Shown one piece after another: positions 50,099 through 60,897 of a stretch of DNA of 64,000 nt. The notes below the pieces were generated by a model. It was not told where the DNA came from. It made no database searches and saw nothing but the letters and a program-made list of their open reading frames with translations. The DNA comes from an uncultured delta proteobacterium (GTDB lineage: Bacteria > Myxococcota > Myxococcia > Myxococcales > Myxococcaceae). Both the position numbers and the translations under genes were made by a program. The stretch spans positions 96,001 to 160,000 of the forward strand of contig CAWCKH010000004.1 in assembly GCA_963796055.1 (NCBI GenBank), in the 5' to 3' direction. Position 1 is the stretch's first letter. Every line of letters starts with the position of its first letter.

Positions 50099-53000
50099 TC
50101 AGCGGGCGTCGCTCGGGGCGCAGACGCGGAATCCCAGATAGACGGCCCGCGTCTGCGCTTCGAGCGGTTCGTGACTGGTGATGCGTGCGCTGAACGGGGC
50201 GTCGAAGTACCAGCTTCCTCCTCGTCCGCTCGCAGCCGCACCGGGACGCCCTACCGCGACGATCTCCAGCGCATTGCCAAGCAGGTCGTGAACCCCGAAC
50301 GGACTGTCCGACTCGGGGTGCGAGCCGACTTCGTCCGGACCGAAGGCCACCGAGTTTCGCCCGTAGGTCAGATCGACGTTGGTCATGCTCGCCGGCAAGA
50401 TGTCTCCTGTGGTGTACGTTCGATCATCGGCACCCCTCGCGGCTCGTTCCCACTCCCATTCGCTGCACAGGCGCGCGCCGGGAACACGACCCGTGGCCCC
50501 GAGCCAGGCGAGGTACTCGTGGATATCCACCAGGGAGATCCCGGTGACCGGGAAACGCCGCCAGTCCTGAACCGCGAGCCGGTTGCGCCCCTCGTAGTGA
50601 ATCGGCTCGCCCCACCGAGCGACGTACTCCTTGGAGGTTGGCCGGAGGCGGAGCTTCCAACCCTTCGGGTCGCGTTCGAGGCGGACTGATCCCTTGGTGC
50701 TCTCGATGTTCGGGAGGCGTTCTAATGCATTCGCCTTCAACGACTCTAGGAAATCAATCCACTGCGCAAACGTGACCTCGAACTCGGAAATGAAATAACC
50801 CCTCGTCTCCACCTCGTGGATGGGCGGTGCCGTCTGGGCGATCCGGAGACTCTCCTCGTCCGCGCTTCCGACCAGGAACCGACCTGGGGGGACGAAGATG
50901 AAGCCTGAGGGGACGCTCGCGGGGTCCGGGAAGTGGAGAGCGAGCTGTCGCTTTTCACCTGCCTGAAGGACGAAGGGATACCTGAGCTTGCTTCCCTCGT
51001 TCGAGGTCAAGACGAGACGATAACTTCCTGGGGCCAGGGGAAGCTCGATTGAACCTCCAGGCACGAGGTGCTGGATCAGCTGCGGCCGAAGAATCCCGCC
51101 CACGGTGCCATACCGCTCGAGGACGATCTCTTTCGGGGAGGGGCTGATGGAGAGCGTCACGGCGCCCTGAGCCTCGAGCTGCTCTCGAAAGCGGCCCTCG
51201 GTATCGAAGGCAATCAATCGCTGGCGCAGCTCTTCGCTCGAGCCGGCGCGGCGGCGAGTGTTGCTCAATTGCCCGAAGAGCAACGCGGCAATGTCGGTCC
51301 GCCGGGACGTGCGTTCTGGCTCGAGGGACAGGGCCAGCTCCAGTGAGGCGGCGGCGCGGGCATAGGCGGCCTCCGCCTTGTGCTGCAGAGCGACCGACTC
51401 CGCCCACACGGATTCCGCGTCATCCCATCGGGCGTGCTCTGGCGCGGGCCGGCCAGGAGGCTGCATCCAGGTTCCGTCGAAGAGGCCCAGCGCTTCGGCA
51501 CGCTTTTCCTGACCGGCCGCAGCCGCGGCCCGAGCCTCCCTCGCGCTCTCCTGCGCCAGCGCTTCATAGCTCCGGAGCCTCGTCTCGAGGCCCGCCCTGG
51601 TTCGGGCGTTGGCGATCAAGGCCACGAGAGCGATGAGCGGCGCGGCGGCGATCGCCAGGCCCACGGGCAGCAGTCGGTGCAGGCGAGCGCGACGTCGAGA
51701 GGCTTCCACGAACAATCGTTCCTGCTCGTCGAGGGTGTGGGTGTCGAGCTCCCGGATCTCCCGGAGCTGGCGGCGATGCCAGAGAGCGTCGGGCGACCGC
51801 CCCAGCCGCTTCCACTCGTCTGCCGCATCGCGCAGCCGCTGCCGCGCCCGATTGATCCCCGAGGACTCGGCGAGCCATCCGGCGAGCACCGGCCAGATCG
51901 TAGGGAGCGACTCGTGGGCGAGCTCGTACTCCGTTTCCCCGACCCGGCTCCGGGCGACGACCAGGCGTCCGACAACCAGGGCATCCAGTGCCTCGGCCGC
52001 CGGGCCCCGGTCGGCTCCGATCTCCTGAGCGCTTCGCCTGACCCGCGTGCCGTCGCTCTGCACCAGGCTGAGGAGAATCCGCCGCGCCTCCTTCTGCTGC
52101 TCGGGGAGGAGCTTGGCCAGGACGGAGTCGGCATGCCGCGCCAGCGCCCCGTTGACTCCCCCGATGGCTTCCAGGGCTGCGCTGGTGATACCCACCTCCT
52201 TGGAAGAACCTGCTTCCCAGAGCTCGGAGAGCGCGAATTGAAGCAGGGGCAGCGATCCCGTGGGGGCCTGGCCGGCCATCACCAGCCCCTCGACCATCTC
52301 TTCGGATTCGAAGCTCACACCGTACGCTCGGGCCGGCCCGACGATCGCCTCGCGCAGGCGTTCCGGGGAGAGAGGCCGGAGGAAGTAGAGCGACCGTTGC
52401 AGCTCTTCGCCCAGACCGGGGAGAGCGGCGAGCCGGGTGACGAAGTCGCCCCGAACGGTCATCAGCCAGTGGAGACTCGGCGCCAGCGAGAGCGTGATCG
52501 CGCAGCACTGGGCGAACCGAGAAGCCTCCTCGGTCGAGCTGACGGAGACGAGCTCCTCCGCCTGGTCCACGAAGACCAGGATCATCAGCTCCTCTCGCGT
52601 CTGCCGCTCTCGCTGCACCGCGCGAGCGAGGGCTGCGGGCTCGGATCGAATCCAGGCCTCCAGAGCGGCGGCATCGATTCGCAGGAGCGGCCCCAGGGCC
52701 GTCGCCAGGTGCAGGAGCGGTTCTCGCCCCGGGACGAGGCGGGCGGTCATCCCCGGACGGGAACCGGCCAGCCCCAGCTCCGTGACCAGTGGCAAGACCC
52801 CGGCCCGGCAAAGAGAGGACTTCCCGATGCCCGACTCACCGGCGATGACCACCAACGACTCGGCGCGGACTCGCTCGAGCACCGCCCGGATGTCGGAATC
52901 CCGTCCGAAGAACACGGCTCGATGCTCGCTGTCGAAGGCGCGCAGACCGCGGTAGGGGTTGCCCTCGGGAAGCCCGACCATCCGATGGGTCGGAGCCACC

Positions 53001-53860
53001 TGCTCCAGGGCCTCGAGGACTTCGTCCGCGGAGGCGTATCGGCGCAGAGGGTCGACTTCCAGGCAGCGATCGATGGTCTGCGCGAAGCGTTGGTTGATTC
53101 CCGGCGCTTCGTTGGCGGTTGGTGGAACTGACCAGTCGCCAGGCTCGCGACGAGGCGGATGACCAACGCAGAGCTCGTAGAGGACCGCACCGAGCGAGTA
53201 CAGGTCGCTTCGCCGGGAGGCTGACTCGCCTTCCAAGACCTCGGGGGCCATGTAGAGCGGGGTTCCGGGCATTTGCCTTCCGGGCCGAGCTCGACCGGTG
53301 GAGAGCTCGTCGGTGACGGCGTCGAGCGTGCGAGTAGTTCTCCGCCACGAGGCAGAGCCGCGGCTTGTACCACTCGGCTGGGACTGCTCTTCGAGCTTGG
53401 CGATCCCGAAATCGAGAATCTTGACCTCGCCCTTCTCGCTGAGCACCGCGTTGGCCGGCTTGATGTCGCGATGGAGCACGCCTTGCCGGTGCACGGCGGC
53501 AAGACCGCGGGCCAGCTCCAGTCCGATCTTGAGCGTGCTCTCCCAGGGCATGGGGCGGCTGAGAGCATCCAGGCTCTGGCCGCGGACGTACTCGGAAACG
53601 AGGTACGGATGCCCCTCGATCTGGCTGACGCGATGAACGGAGACCACGTTCGGGTGAGCGAGCCGGGCCAGCGCCCGTCCTTCAGCCAGGAACCGGTCCT
53701 CGAGCGTCGGCGCCGACTCCGCCCCGGCGGTGAACTTGATCGCCACCAACCTATCGAGGAGGAGGTCCCTCGCCAGATAGACGTGGCCCATCCCCCCTCG
53801 TCCGAGAGGACGGAGAACCCGATAGCCGTCGAAGTCCGAGGGTGGACTCCACGTTTCCAT
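50099..53860 (-). CDS. Ser/Thr protein kinase - STAND-type NTPase - TM - FGE/sulfatase-modifying (C-type lectin fold) multidomain protein
   Basis: LGRGGMG.V, HRDIKPAN, DFG, GTPLYMAPE; NPYRGL..F, GESGIGKSSL, FVDQAEEL, LPLLQFAL, HESL..W; TM; EWERAARG.D.R, SPFGV.D..GN, RGGSW, GFRVC. Confidence 0.92.
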   Translation of the reverse strand: METWSPPSDFDGYRVLRPLGRGGMGHVYLARDLLLDRLVAIKFTAGAESAPTLEDRFLAEGRALARLAHPNVVSVHRVSQIEGHPYLVSEYVRGQSLDALSRPMPWESTLKIGLELARGLAAVHRQGVLHRDIKPANAVLSEKGEVKILDFGIAKLEEQSQPSGTSRGSASWRRTTRTLDAVTDELSTGRARPGRQMPGTPLYMAPEVLEGESASRRSDLYSLGAVLYELCVGHPPRREPGDWSVPPTANEAPGINQRFAQTIDRCLEVDPLRRYASADEVLEALEQVAPTHRMVGLPEGNPYRGLRAFDSEHRAVFFGRDSDIRAVLERVRAESLVVIAGESGIGKSSLCRAGVLPLVTELGLAGSRPGMTARLVPGREPLLHLATALGPLLRIDAAALEAWIRSEPAALARAVQRERQTREELMILVFVDQAEELVSVSSTEEASRFAQCCAITLSLAPSLHWLMTVRGDFVTRLAALPGLGEELQRSLYFLRPLSPERLREAIVGPARAYGVSFESEEMVEGLVMAGQAPTGSLPLLQFALSELWEAGSSKEVGITSAALEAIGGVNGALARHADSVLAKLLPEQQKEARRILLSLVQSDGTRVRRSAQEIGADRGPAAEALDALVVGRLVVARSRVGETEYELAHESLPTIWPVLAGWLAESSGINRARQRLRDAADEWKRLGRSPDALWHRRQLREIRELDTHTLDEQERLFVEASRRRARLHRLLPVGLAIAAAPLIALVALIANARTRAGLETRLRSYEALAQESAREARAAAAAGQEKRAEALGLFDGTWMQPPGRPAPEHARWDDAESVWAESVALQHKAEAAYARAAASLELALSLEPERTSRRTDIAALLFGQLSNTRRRAGSSEELRQRLIAFDTEGRFREQLEAQGAVTLSISPSPKEIVLERYGTVGGILRPQLIQHLVPGGSIELPLAPGSYRLVLTSNEGSKLRYPFVLQAGEKRQLALHFPDPASVPSGFIFVPPGRFLVGSADEESLRIAQTAPPIHEVETRGYFISEFEVTFAQWIDFLESLKANALERLPNIESTKGSVRLERDPKGWKLRLRPTSKEYVARWGEPIHYEGRNRLAVQDWRRFPVTGISLVDIHEYLAWLGATGRVPGARLCSEWEWERAARGADDRTYTTGDILPASMTNVDLTYGRNSVAFGPDEVGSHPESDSPFGVHDLLGNALEIVAVGRPGAAASGRGGSWYFDAPFSARITSHEPLEAQTRAVYLGFRVCAPSDAR

Positions 53861-53863
53861 CTC

Positions 53864-54814
53864 TCAATGAGGGCACTGCGGGCAGTCCGGGTCGAACGCG
53901 CCGCGGGGACAGGGCGAAATGTTCAGGGTCGACCCGTTGCAGGAGTGAATACGGGAGCGATTCCAGAGCACGGCATTTGGTGGCGTCATCCCCCTCCGGC
54001 ATTTGAACACTTTCTTCTCGTACTCGACGGTGTCTGGAAAGGTCGACTTCATCATCTCTCCTGCCTTTGGCCCGAGGATCGTGGTGACGCGGGTGACGAC
54101 CTCTTTCCAGCGGGGATGGAAGATGCAGATCGCTCCCAGGTCGGTCCAGTATGCCTCCAGACAACTCTCACAGTCCGTGCAGTCGCATCGATCCGCGGAA
54201 CTTCCCGGTTGGATGTGCGTCCCGACCCGCGTCGCGCTCGAGCCGTTGCCGAGATAGTCCGCGCGGGCCATCCGCACACAGGCATTGAAGCGCCTCTGGT
54301 CTCCCGGGGTGGTGGGTCCATAGTTCCAATCGATGCAGTCCCCGGCGGTGCTGAAGAGCTCCGGCTGCGGTCCAGCACAGGAGGGCGTCTGTGGTCCGTT
54401 GCCATCGTTTCCGCCGCAGACGAGCGTCAGAGGCGTGCCCATCGAAAACGTGAAGCCTCCGCTCAACAGCTTCGCCTTCAGTACGAACACTCGGAACGAG
54501 CCCCGGGGCGGGGCTTTACAGAAGCCTGGACGGCTGAAGGTTGGGCTCGGGCAATCCCAGAACCCTCCCTTGTCCGTGCAATTCGCGACCGTGACGGTGG
54601 TGCTCCCCGGGTCGGCGAGTGTCAGCGTTGCCGCTGCGGCTGTTCCCGTCGGGGCGCCGTTCGTGACCCCGTAACAGTTTCCGGCGGGCTTGCCGCCCGC
54701 GAGCATCTCGAGCCCCTCTCCGCACACGTACGTGCCTTGTGTCCTGTCACCAGCTGCCTGCGCAGGTGCAGCGAGGAGCCAGCACAGCGCCCCGACCATT
54801 GCTGCAGTCCTCAT
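53864..54814 (-). CDS. Secreted cysteine-rich ADYC-domain-like protein
   Basis: Signal peptide (...LLAAPAQA), QGTY, C.DW.Y, ACVRMARADYLGNG...TRVGT.I, EA.W...GAIC; AAAGGGGG RBS. Confidence 0.8.
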   Translation of the reverse strand: MRTAAMVGALCWLLAAPAQAAGDRTQGTYVCGEGLEMLAGGKPAGNCYGVTNGAPTGTAAAATLTLADPGSTTVTVANCTDKGGFWDCPSPTFSRPGFCKAPPRGSFRVFVLKAKLLSGGFTFSMGTPLTLVCGGNDGNGPQTPSCAGPQPELFSTAGDCIDWNYGPTTPGDQRRFNACVRMARADYLGNGSSATRVGTHIQPGSSADRCDCTDCESCLEAYWTDLGAICIFHPRWKEVVTRVTTILGPKAGEMMKSTFPDTVEYEKKVFKCRRGMTPPNAVLWNRSRIHSCNGSTLNISPCPRGAFDPDCPQCPH

Positions 54815-54973
54815 GGTGCCCCCTTTGGGGTGGCAGCCGCGCTCGAGAGCGATCTCCACTCGGGCCCACCCACCCCGAAAGACCACGGGCCCCTGATGTG
54901 TCGCCGGCAGAGGCGGACTCCACGCCAGTTCCTCGGTCGGTGCAACCGCCACCGCGTCCCAAGGACGAAAGAC

Positions 54974-55543
54974 TCACGCAGGACCGTATTCCGCGGAATT
55001 CGTGCACGCCTGGATCCGGATCTTTCGGTGCTGCGGATGCGGGGACCGGCCCTGCTGGCGCGGCTCCGGAAGCGCCTCGAACCGCGTGGCCGCCGAGAAG
55101 TCCTCGAACGGGAGCGCCGACTCGGTCTGGTACTCCCGCCACCGGCTTATGCGCCCATCGCGGAGCTGCACCATCACCACGCCGTGGTACTGGCGGTTCA
55201 GCCGGAAGGTGCACTCGCCGGCGCCGATCTGCGTCCGCGCGTCGAAGACCAGGTGGTGCCAGGTCATGTGCATCGGTAGGTCGGTGCCCTTCGTCCCGCC
55301 GAAGAACTCGAAGAGGTTGGCCCGGCCGGAGTGGAACTGCTTTCGTGGCGGCTCCTCGTAGAGCGCGTCCTCGGTGAAGCACTCCACCGCCTTGGTCGCG
55401 TTCCCTTCCCGCCACCCCTCGGCCACCCGCTCCATCAGCGCCCGGAATCCGTCGGCGTCGAGCCCACCTCCGGCCGCCGGGAGAGGGGGTCTCGCCGCTG
55501 CGCAGCCCACCAGCACGACCACGGACAGGAGCCATCGACGCAT
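54974..55543 (-). CDS. NTF2/SnoaL-like domain lipoprotein
   Basis: MRRWLLSVVVLVGC lipobox; FTEDA.YEEPP, DG.I..WREY. Confidence 0.8.
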   Translation of the reverse strand: MRRWLLSVVVLVGCAAARPPLPAAGGGLDADGFRALMERVAEGWREGNATKAVECFTEDALYEEPPRKQFHSGRANLFEFFGGTKGTDLPMHMTWHHLVFDARTQIGAGECTFRLNRQYHGVVMVQLRDGRISRWREYQTESALPFEDFSAATRFEALPEPRQQGRSPHPQHRKIRIQACTNSAEYGPA

Positions 55544-55642
55544 GCGACCACTCCCGGGGGGGCCGACGATTCCCTGCGAGGAAGCTCCCGCATGCAGCAA
55601 CCCCGTGTCCACCCGGCTCCGCCCCGTGTCATCCCCACCGTC

Positions 55643-55957
55643 ATGCCAGTCTTCAAGATCGCCCGGTTCGCGGTTCGCCCCGACGCGCGGGACGAGGTCG
55701 AGCGGGCGATGCGCGAGTTCGCCCTCTACGTGGGGCTCGAGCTCGAGGACTCCGCCTGGACCGCCTACCGCGACCGGCGGAACCCCAACGTCTACGTCAC
55801 GCTCATCACCGCCGACGACGGCGACGCCGCCGAGCACCAGCGCACGGCCGGCGCGTCGGTCCAGTTCGCCCGGGTGATCCAGTCGCGGCTTCTCACCGAC
55901 GTCGAGACCCGGGAGTACGAGCTGGTCGCCACCAGCCGCGGCGGGCTGCCCCCCTGA
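55643..55957 (+). CDS. Small ABM-like (dimeric alpha/beta barrel) protein
   Basis: ARFAVRP.AR.EV, Y........YV......D..A.EH pattern. Confidence 0.65.
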   Translation: MPVFKIARFAVRPDARDEVERAMREFALYVGLELEDSAWTAYRDRRNPNVYVTLITADDGDAAEHQRTAGASVQFARVIQSRLLTDVETREYELVATSRGGLPP

Positions 55958-56051
55958 ACGTCGGCGGGCTAGCGCTGCGCCATGGTCGCCAGCAAGAGCC
56001 GCCACCTCCGGGTCGCCCCAGGTGGCGAGCGCCGCCGGAAACGCCTTTCGC

Positions 56052-57605
56052 TCAGGCCCGCCCGAGATCCCGGAGCACCCGACGCGCAGCGTTGTGCCCT
56101 GCCGCCCCGATGACCGAGCCCGCCGGGTGGCAGCCGGCGCTCGCCGAGTACAGTCCGTCCACCGGCTGCGCGTACGCCAGCCGGTCGGCGAAGCCGAAGG
56201 CGTTGTCCACGTGGTGGATGTGGCCCCCGGTGATGCCGAAGTGCGTCTCGATCTTCCGCGGGTGCAGGGGGAAGGTGTCCACCACCAGCCCGCTCGTCCC
56301 CGGGGCGAAGCGGTCGCAGATCGACAGGAGGTGGCGCACGTAGCGCTCCTCCTCTGCTTCCCAGGTCGTCCCGGAGAGCGTGTGCGGCACCCACTGCACG
56401 AAGAGCGCCGAGTTGTGGTGCCCGGCCTCGTCCCGCATCGACGGGTCCACCGTGGTGTGGATGTACCACTCGATGGTCGGGAACTCGGGCAGCCGACCCG
56501 CCTGCACGTCGGCGAAGCTCCGGGTCAGGGACGCCATCACCTCGCCCTCGTCCGGAAGGAGGTGCATCGTCGAGCCGAACTGCCCGCGATCCTCCGGCAG
56601 GCAGCGGAAGCGGGGCAGCCCCTTCAGCGCCATGTTCACCTTGAAGGTGGTCCCGGTGCGCCGGTAGCCGTCCACCCGGGCGTTCCACGAGGCCGGGAAC
56701 CGCGGCGCCCCGACCAGGTCGCGCATCCGGAACGGGTCGGCATTCACCACCGCCACCCCCGTCCGTACCTCGCGGCCGGAGCCGCAGTGCACCGCCTCCA
56801 CCCCGCCCGCGCCCACCGCGATGCGCGAGACGCGGTCCGAGGTCACGATGCGCGCCCCCGCCGCCTGCGCCAGCTCCGCCAGCCGCGCGGTCACCGTGCC
56901 CATCCCGCCGCGGACGATCATCCACGTCCCGTCCGCCCCGGGCAGCCGGCACATGTTGTGGACCAGGAAGTTCATCCCGCTCCCCGGCGTGTGCCAGGTG
57001 CCGGAGAGGCCGCTGAAGCCGTCGGTCACCGCGTACATCGCCCGCAGCAGGTCGCTCCGGAACTCGAACCGGTCCAGGTACGGGCCCACCGGCCCGCGGC
57101 ACAGCGCGACGAACACCTGCCGCAGAGCCGGCCGCACGTACCGCTCGGCGGTGTCCTCGATCGAGAGCGGCTCCTCGAGCCAGGTGGGGGCGATGTCCTC
57201 GCGCAGCTGGCCCAGCTCCTCTTGCAGCCGCTGGTTCGCGCGCCAGTCCGCCTCGGAGAAGAAGGAGGTGAACTGCGCCTTCATCGCCGCCTGGTCCGAG
57301 CCGAAGAGGAGGTAGCGCTCGCCGGTGGTGGGCAGGAAGTAGTGCGGGTCACGGCGCAGCAGCGGCAGCTCCAGCCCCAGGGTCTGGAGCAGCTCCGGTG
57401 GCATCAGCCCTAACAGATAAGCCCCGGTGGACGTCCGCAGCCCGGGCGCCTTCCTGAACGGCGTCTCGGTCTTCGCCGCCCCGCCCACCGTGTCCTTCTC
57501 CTCGAGAACCAGCACCGACAGCCCGGCGCGGGCGAGCAGGGTCGCCGCCACCAGGCCGTTGTGACCTGCCCCCACCACCACCACGTCCGCGCGCTCGGTG
57601 CTCAT
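56052..57605 (-). CDS. Phytoene dehydrogenase-like FAD-dependent oxidoreductase
   Basis: VVVGAGHNGLVAA, LE....VGGA, GGMG, GGHIHH, GCHPAGSVIGAAGHNAA. Confidence 0.9.
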   Translation of the reverse strand: MSTERADVVVVGAGHNGLVAATLLARAGLSVLVLEEKDTVGGAAKTETPFRKAPGLRTSTGAYLLGLMPPELLQTLGLELPLLRRDPHYFLPTTGERYLLFGSDQAAMKAQFTSFFSEADWRANQRLQEELGQLREDIAPTWLEEPLSIEDTAERYVRPALRQVFVALCRGPVGPYLDRFEFRSDLLRAMYAVTDGFSGLSGTWHTPGSGMNFLVHNMCRLPGADGTWMIVRGGMGTVTARLAELAQAAGARIVTSDRVSRIAVGAGGVEAVHCGSGREVRTGVAVVNADPFRMRDLVGAPRFPASWNARVDGYRRTGTTFKVNMALKGLPRFRCLPEDRGQFGSTMHLLPDEGEVMASLTRSFADVQAGRLPEFPTIEWYIHTTVDPSMRDEAGHHNSALFVQWVPHTLSGTTWEAEEERYVRHLLSICDRFAPGTSGLVVDTFPLHPRKIETHFGITGGHIHHVDNAFGFADRLAYAQPVDGLYSASAGCHPAGSVIGAAGHNAARRVLRDLGRA

Positions 57606-59611
57606 CGGCCTCCCGCCGGTCCCGGGCCCCCGCCCACCAGCTGCTCCCGGAGGAAGAAGAGCATCGTGGCGCTGGCGTAGTCGCGGGTCTCCTTCTTCTT
57701 GAACCCGTGCCCCTCGTCCAGCGCCAGGAGGTACCACACCGTCTTCCCCTGGTCGCGGACCGCGCGGACGATCTGCTCCGCCTCGCTCTGGGGCACCCGC
57801 GGGTCGTTCTTCCCCTGCAGCACGTACATCGAGGCGCGGATCTTCCCCGCCGAGTTGAGCGGGGAGATTCGCTCCTGGACCGCGCGGACCTCCGGCACCC
57901 GCTCGTCGCCGTACTCCGCCCGGCGGAGGTCCCTTCGGTACGGGGCGGTGCTGACCAGGAAGGTGGCAAGGCTGGAAACGCCCACCACGTCCACCGCCGC
58001 CCGGAAGCGCTCCGGGTAGAAGGCCACCGAGGCCAGGGTCATGTACCCCCCGTAGCTGCCCCCGAATGCGGCCACCCGCGATGGATCGAGGTCCGCCTGG
58101 CGGCCGATGAAGTCCAGGGTGGCCCCGATGTCCTTCAGCGCCTCCTCGCGCTTCACCCCGTCGTCGGCGGCGAGGTACGCCTTCCCGTAGCCGTCCGAGC
58201 CCCGCACGTTGGGGAGCAGAACCGCGAACCCCAGATCGACCATCGCCTGGAACGTCGCGGTGAACCTCGGCCGCTCCTGACCCTCGGGCCCGCCGTGCCA
58301 GTAGACGACCACCGGGGCGCGCGTCCCAGGTCGGAGCCCCCGGGGACGATAGAGGAGCGCAGGGACCTGGACGCCGCCCGCCGACGGGTAGCGGACCAGC
58401 TCTGGAGCGACGAAGTGCGAGGCGTCCATCCCCCCCACCTCGCTGCGCGTCCACCGGAGTGGCTTGCCGCGCTTCACCGGCACCTGCCACACGTCGCCGG
58501 GCGAGGTCGGGGTATCGATGCCGAAGGTCAGCACGTCCGACGTCCGGCTCGGGAAGCGCATCTCGCCCATCACCCCCGGGGGGACGTCGACCGGGGTGCG
58601 CTTCGTGGTGCCCCGCGGGAGCAGATAGAGCTTGCTGAACCCATCCTCGTTGGCGGCGAAGGCCACCGTGCCGTCGCGCGCCACCGCCAGCGCCTCCACG
58701 TCCCAGCGGAGGTCCCGGGTCAGCGGCGTCCACGGGGCGTCCGGCCGCCCCGCGTCCACCCGGAAGAGCTGCGCGACGTCGGCGCCTCGATCGGTGACCA
58801 GGTAGATCGCCTTGCCGTCGCCGGAGAAGGCGGCGTGGCGCACCGAGGCCTTCCCGGCCTTCTCCGGATCCGGCGTCACCCGCGTGCGCTGCCGGGTGCC
58901 GAGGTCGACCAGCCAGAGGTCGGCGTCGTCGATGGCCCGCCGCTGCAGCACCAGCAGGCGCTCGCCGTCCGAGGAGAAGTCCACCGGCGTCCAGGTCCCC
59001 TTCTCCTCGGTCAGCCGCCGCGCGGTGCTGGGGGTGGCCACCTCGGCCAGGTAGACGTCGGTGTCCGTCCCGTTCCGCCCGGTGCCCGAGTACGCCAGCC
59101 GGCGTCCGTCACGCGACAGAGTGAACGTCTCGTGCCGGCTCTTCCCGTCGGTCAGCAGCTGGCGCTGGCCGGTGCGAACGTCCAGCCGGTACAGCTGGAA
59201 GTACTCGCCCCCTCCGGTGTCCTGGAGGAAGAACAAGATCCGGGGATCTCCGGGGAGCCACCGCGCCTTGGCCACCGGCTCCTTGCCGAAGGTGAGCTGC
59301 TCGCGCATCCCCAGCGGCGCGCTGATCCGATGCAGCTGGTTCACCGACGCGAACCGGGTGAGGATCAGCAGCGACTTGCCGTCCTCTCCGGGGTCCGCCA
59401 GGAGCGCCGAGCGAACCTCGTTGTACGGCGCGAGCCAGGCCTCGAAGTCCGCCGGCACCACCGGCACCCCGCTCACCAGCACCCGGGACAGCCCGGGGGC
59501 GGCCTCGACGGCGATCGACGACGGACGGGCTGTTCCGGCATCGGCCCGGGCCGGCGCGGTGGACTGCGGCTGGGCCAGCAGGAGGAAGACGGTCGCGGCG
59601 GGTAGGATCAT
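57602..59611 (-). CDS. S9 prolyl oligopeptidase-family serine peptidase with beta-propeller, secreted
   Basis: HGGPE, PNVRGS.GYG, GGSYGG, G.NDPRVP..E, DEGHGF; signal peptide. Confidence 0.93.
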   Translation of the reverse strand: MILPAATVFLLLAQPQSTAPARADAGTARPSSIAVEAAPGLSRVLVSGVPVVPADFEAWLAPYNEVRSALLADPGEDGKSLLILTRFASVNQLHRISAPLGMREQLTFGKEPVAKARWLPGDPRILFFLQDTGGGEYFQLYRLDVRTGQRQLLTDGKSRHETFTLSRDGRRLAYSGTGRNGTDTDVYLAEVATPSTARRLTEEKGTWTPVDFSSDGERLLVLQRRAIDDADLWLVDLGTRQRTRVTPDPEKAGKASVRHAAFSGDGKAIYLVTDRGADVAQLFRVDAGRPDAPWTPLTRDLRWDVEALAVARDGTVAFAANEDGFSKLYLLPRGTTKRTPVDVPPGVMGEMRFPSRTSDVLTFGIDTPTSPGDVWQVPVKRGKPLRWTRSEVGGMDASHFVAPELVRYPSAGGVQVPALLYRPRGLRPGTRAPVVVYWHGGPEGQERPRFTATFQAMVDLGFAVLLPNVRGSDGYGKAYLAADDGVKREEALKDIGATLDFIGRQADLDPSRVAAFGGSYGGYMTLASVAFYPERFRAAVDVVGVSSLATFLVSTAPYRRDLRRAEYGDERVPEVRAVQERISPLNSAGKIRASMYVLQGKNDPRVPQSEAEQIVRAVRDQGKTVWYLLALDEGHGFKKKETRDYASATMLFFLREQLVGGGPGPAGGR

Positions 59612-59807
59612 GTGGTCGCGGCTTTCCAGACCCGGGGCGCGGGCGCAAGCGCCGGGCCGCGGCCCGCGCTGCCGATCCTTGCCGCATGGCTTTGCCGCCT
59701 GCTACCGTCCCCGCCGTCCGGACGAGGCCGCGGCGGCGCGAACTGACGCGGAATCCCTCAGAAAACGCGGTCGATCCCTCGGCAGCGAAGGGGACAATCT
59801 CACGCCC

Positions 59808-60290
59808 ATGGGCACGCAACTGGTGATGTATGACGAGGAGTACAATCGCATCAACGCCGTCTGCGATCGCCTGACCAAGGACGCCAACGCCAAGGTCGTC
59901 TTCATCGTCGACAAGAACGGACAGCTGATCTCCGCCTCCGGCCAGACCCAGAACATCGACACCACCTCGCTGGCCTCGCTCACCGCCGGCAACGTCGCCG
60001 CCATGGGCGGGCTGGCGAAGCTGATCGGCGAGAACGAGTTCCCCAACCAGATCCACGAGGGAGCGCGCGAGTCGCTCTACATGACCATCGTCGGCAGCCG
60101 AGTGGTGCTGGTGGTCATCTTCGACACCCGCACCTCGCTGGGCCTGGTCAGGCTGCGGGTGAAGAAGGCTTCCGACGAGCTCGGCAAGATCTTCGAGGCG
60201 CTGGTGAAGAAGACCGAGAGCCCGGGCGGGATGGGCTCGCCCTTCGCCGAGATCTCCGACGAAGACATCGACAACCTCTTCAGCGAGTGA
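59808..60290 (+). CDS. mglB: Gliding-motility regulator MglB (roadblock/LC7 GAP)
   Basis: [11 protein letters not shown]...[16 protein letters not shown]...[17 protein letters not shown]...SLGLVRLR...[13 protein letters not shown] tail. Confidence 0.97.
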   Translation: MGTQLVMYDEEYNRINAVCDRLTKDANAKVVFIVDKNGQLISASGQTQNIDTTSLASLTAGNVAAMGGLAKLIGENEFPNQIHEGARESLYMTIVGSRVVLVVIFDTRTSLGLVRLRVKKASDELGKIFEALVKKTESPGGMGSPFAEISDEDIDNLFSE

Positions 60291-60309
60291 CAGACCCCCA
60301 GGTCACGAA

Positions 60310-60897
60310 ATGTCCTTCATCAATTACTCATCCCGCGAGATCAACTGCAAGATCGTCTACTACGGGCCTGGTCTCTGCGGGAAGACGACCAACCTCCAGT
60401 ACATCTACAACAAGACCAACCCCGAGACGAAGGGCAAGCTGATCAGTCTCAGCACCGAGACGGACCGCACCCTGTTCTTCGACTTCCTCCCCCTGTCGCT
60501 GGGCGAGATCCGCGGGTTCAAGACCCGCTTCCATCTCTACACGGTCCCCGGTCAGGTCTTCTACGACGCCAGCCGCAAGCTGATCCTCAAGGGCGTGGAC
60601 GGGGTGGTCTTCGTCGCCGACAGCCAGGTGGAGCGCATGGAGGCGAACATGGAATCGTTCGAGAACCTCCGCACCAATCTCGGCGAGCAGGGCTACGACC
60701 TGAACCGCATCCCCAGCGTGGTGCAGTACAACAAGCGAGACCTGCCCAACGCGGTGGCGATAGAAGAGCTCCGCGCCTCGCTCAATCCCCGGTCCGTCCC
60801 CGAGTTCCAGGCCGTCGCCCCCACCGGGGTGGGAGTCTTCGACACATTGAAGGCCGTGGCCAAGCTGGTCCTCACCGAGCTGAAAAAGGGCGGGTAG
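60310..60897 (+). CDS. mglA: Gliding-motility Ras-like GTPase MglA
   Basis: [52 protein letters not shown]. Confidence 0.98.
   Translation: MSFINYSSREINCKIVYYGPGLCGKTTNLQYIYNKTNPETKGKLISLSTETDRTLFFDFLPLSLGEIRGFKTRFHLYTVPGQVFYDASRKLILKGVDGVVFVADSQVERMEANMESFENLRTNLGEQGYDLNRIPSVVQYNKRDLPNAVAIEELRASLNPRSVPEFQAVAPTGVGVFDTLKAVAKLVLTELKKGG

Noticed and set aside
50099..50500. DGR target (C-terminal FGE/C-lectin domain)
   Set aside because: No reverse transcriptase and no template/variable repeat pair seen in the window
53844..54924. Direct repeat GGACTCCACG (53844, 54915) flanking the ADYC gene, both encoding WSPP on the - strand
   Set aside because: Only about 10 bp in GC-rich DNA; could be a kinase-start remnant but chance cannot be excluded
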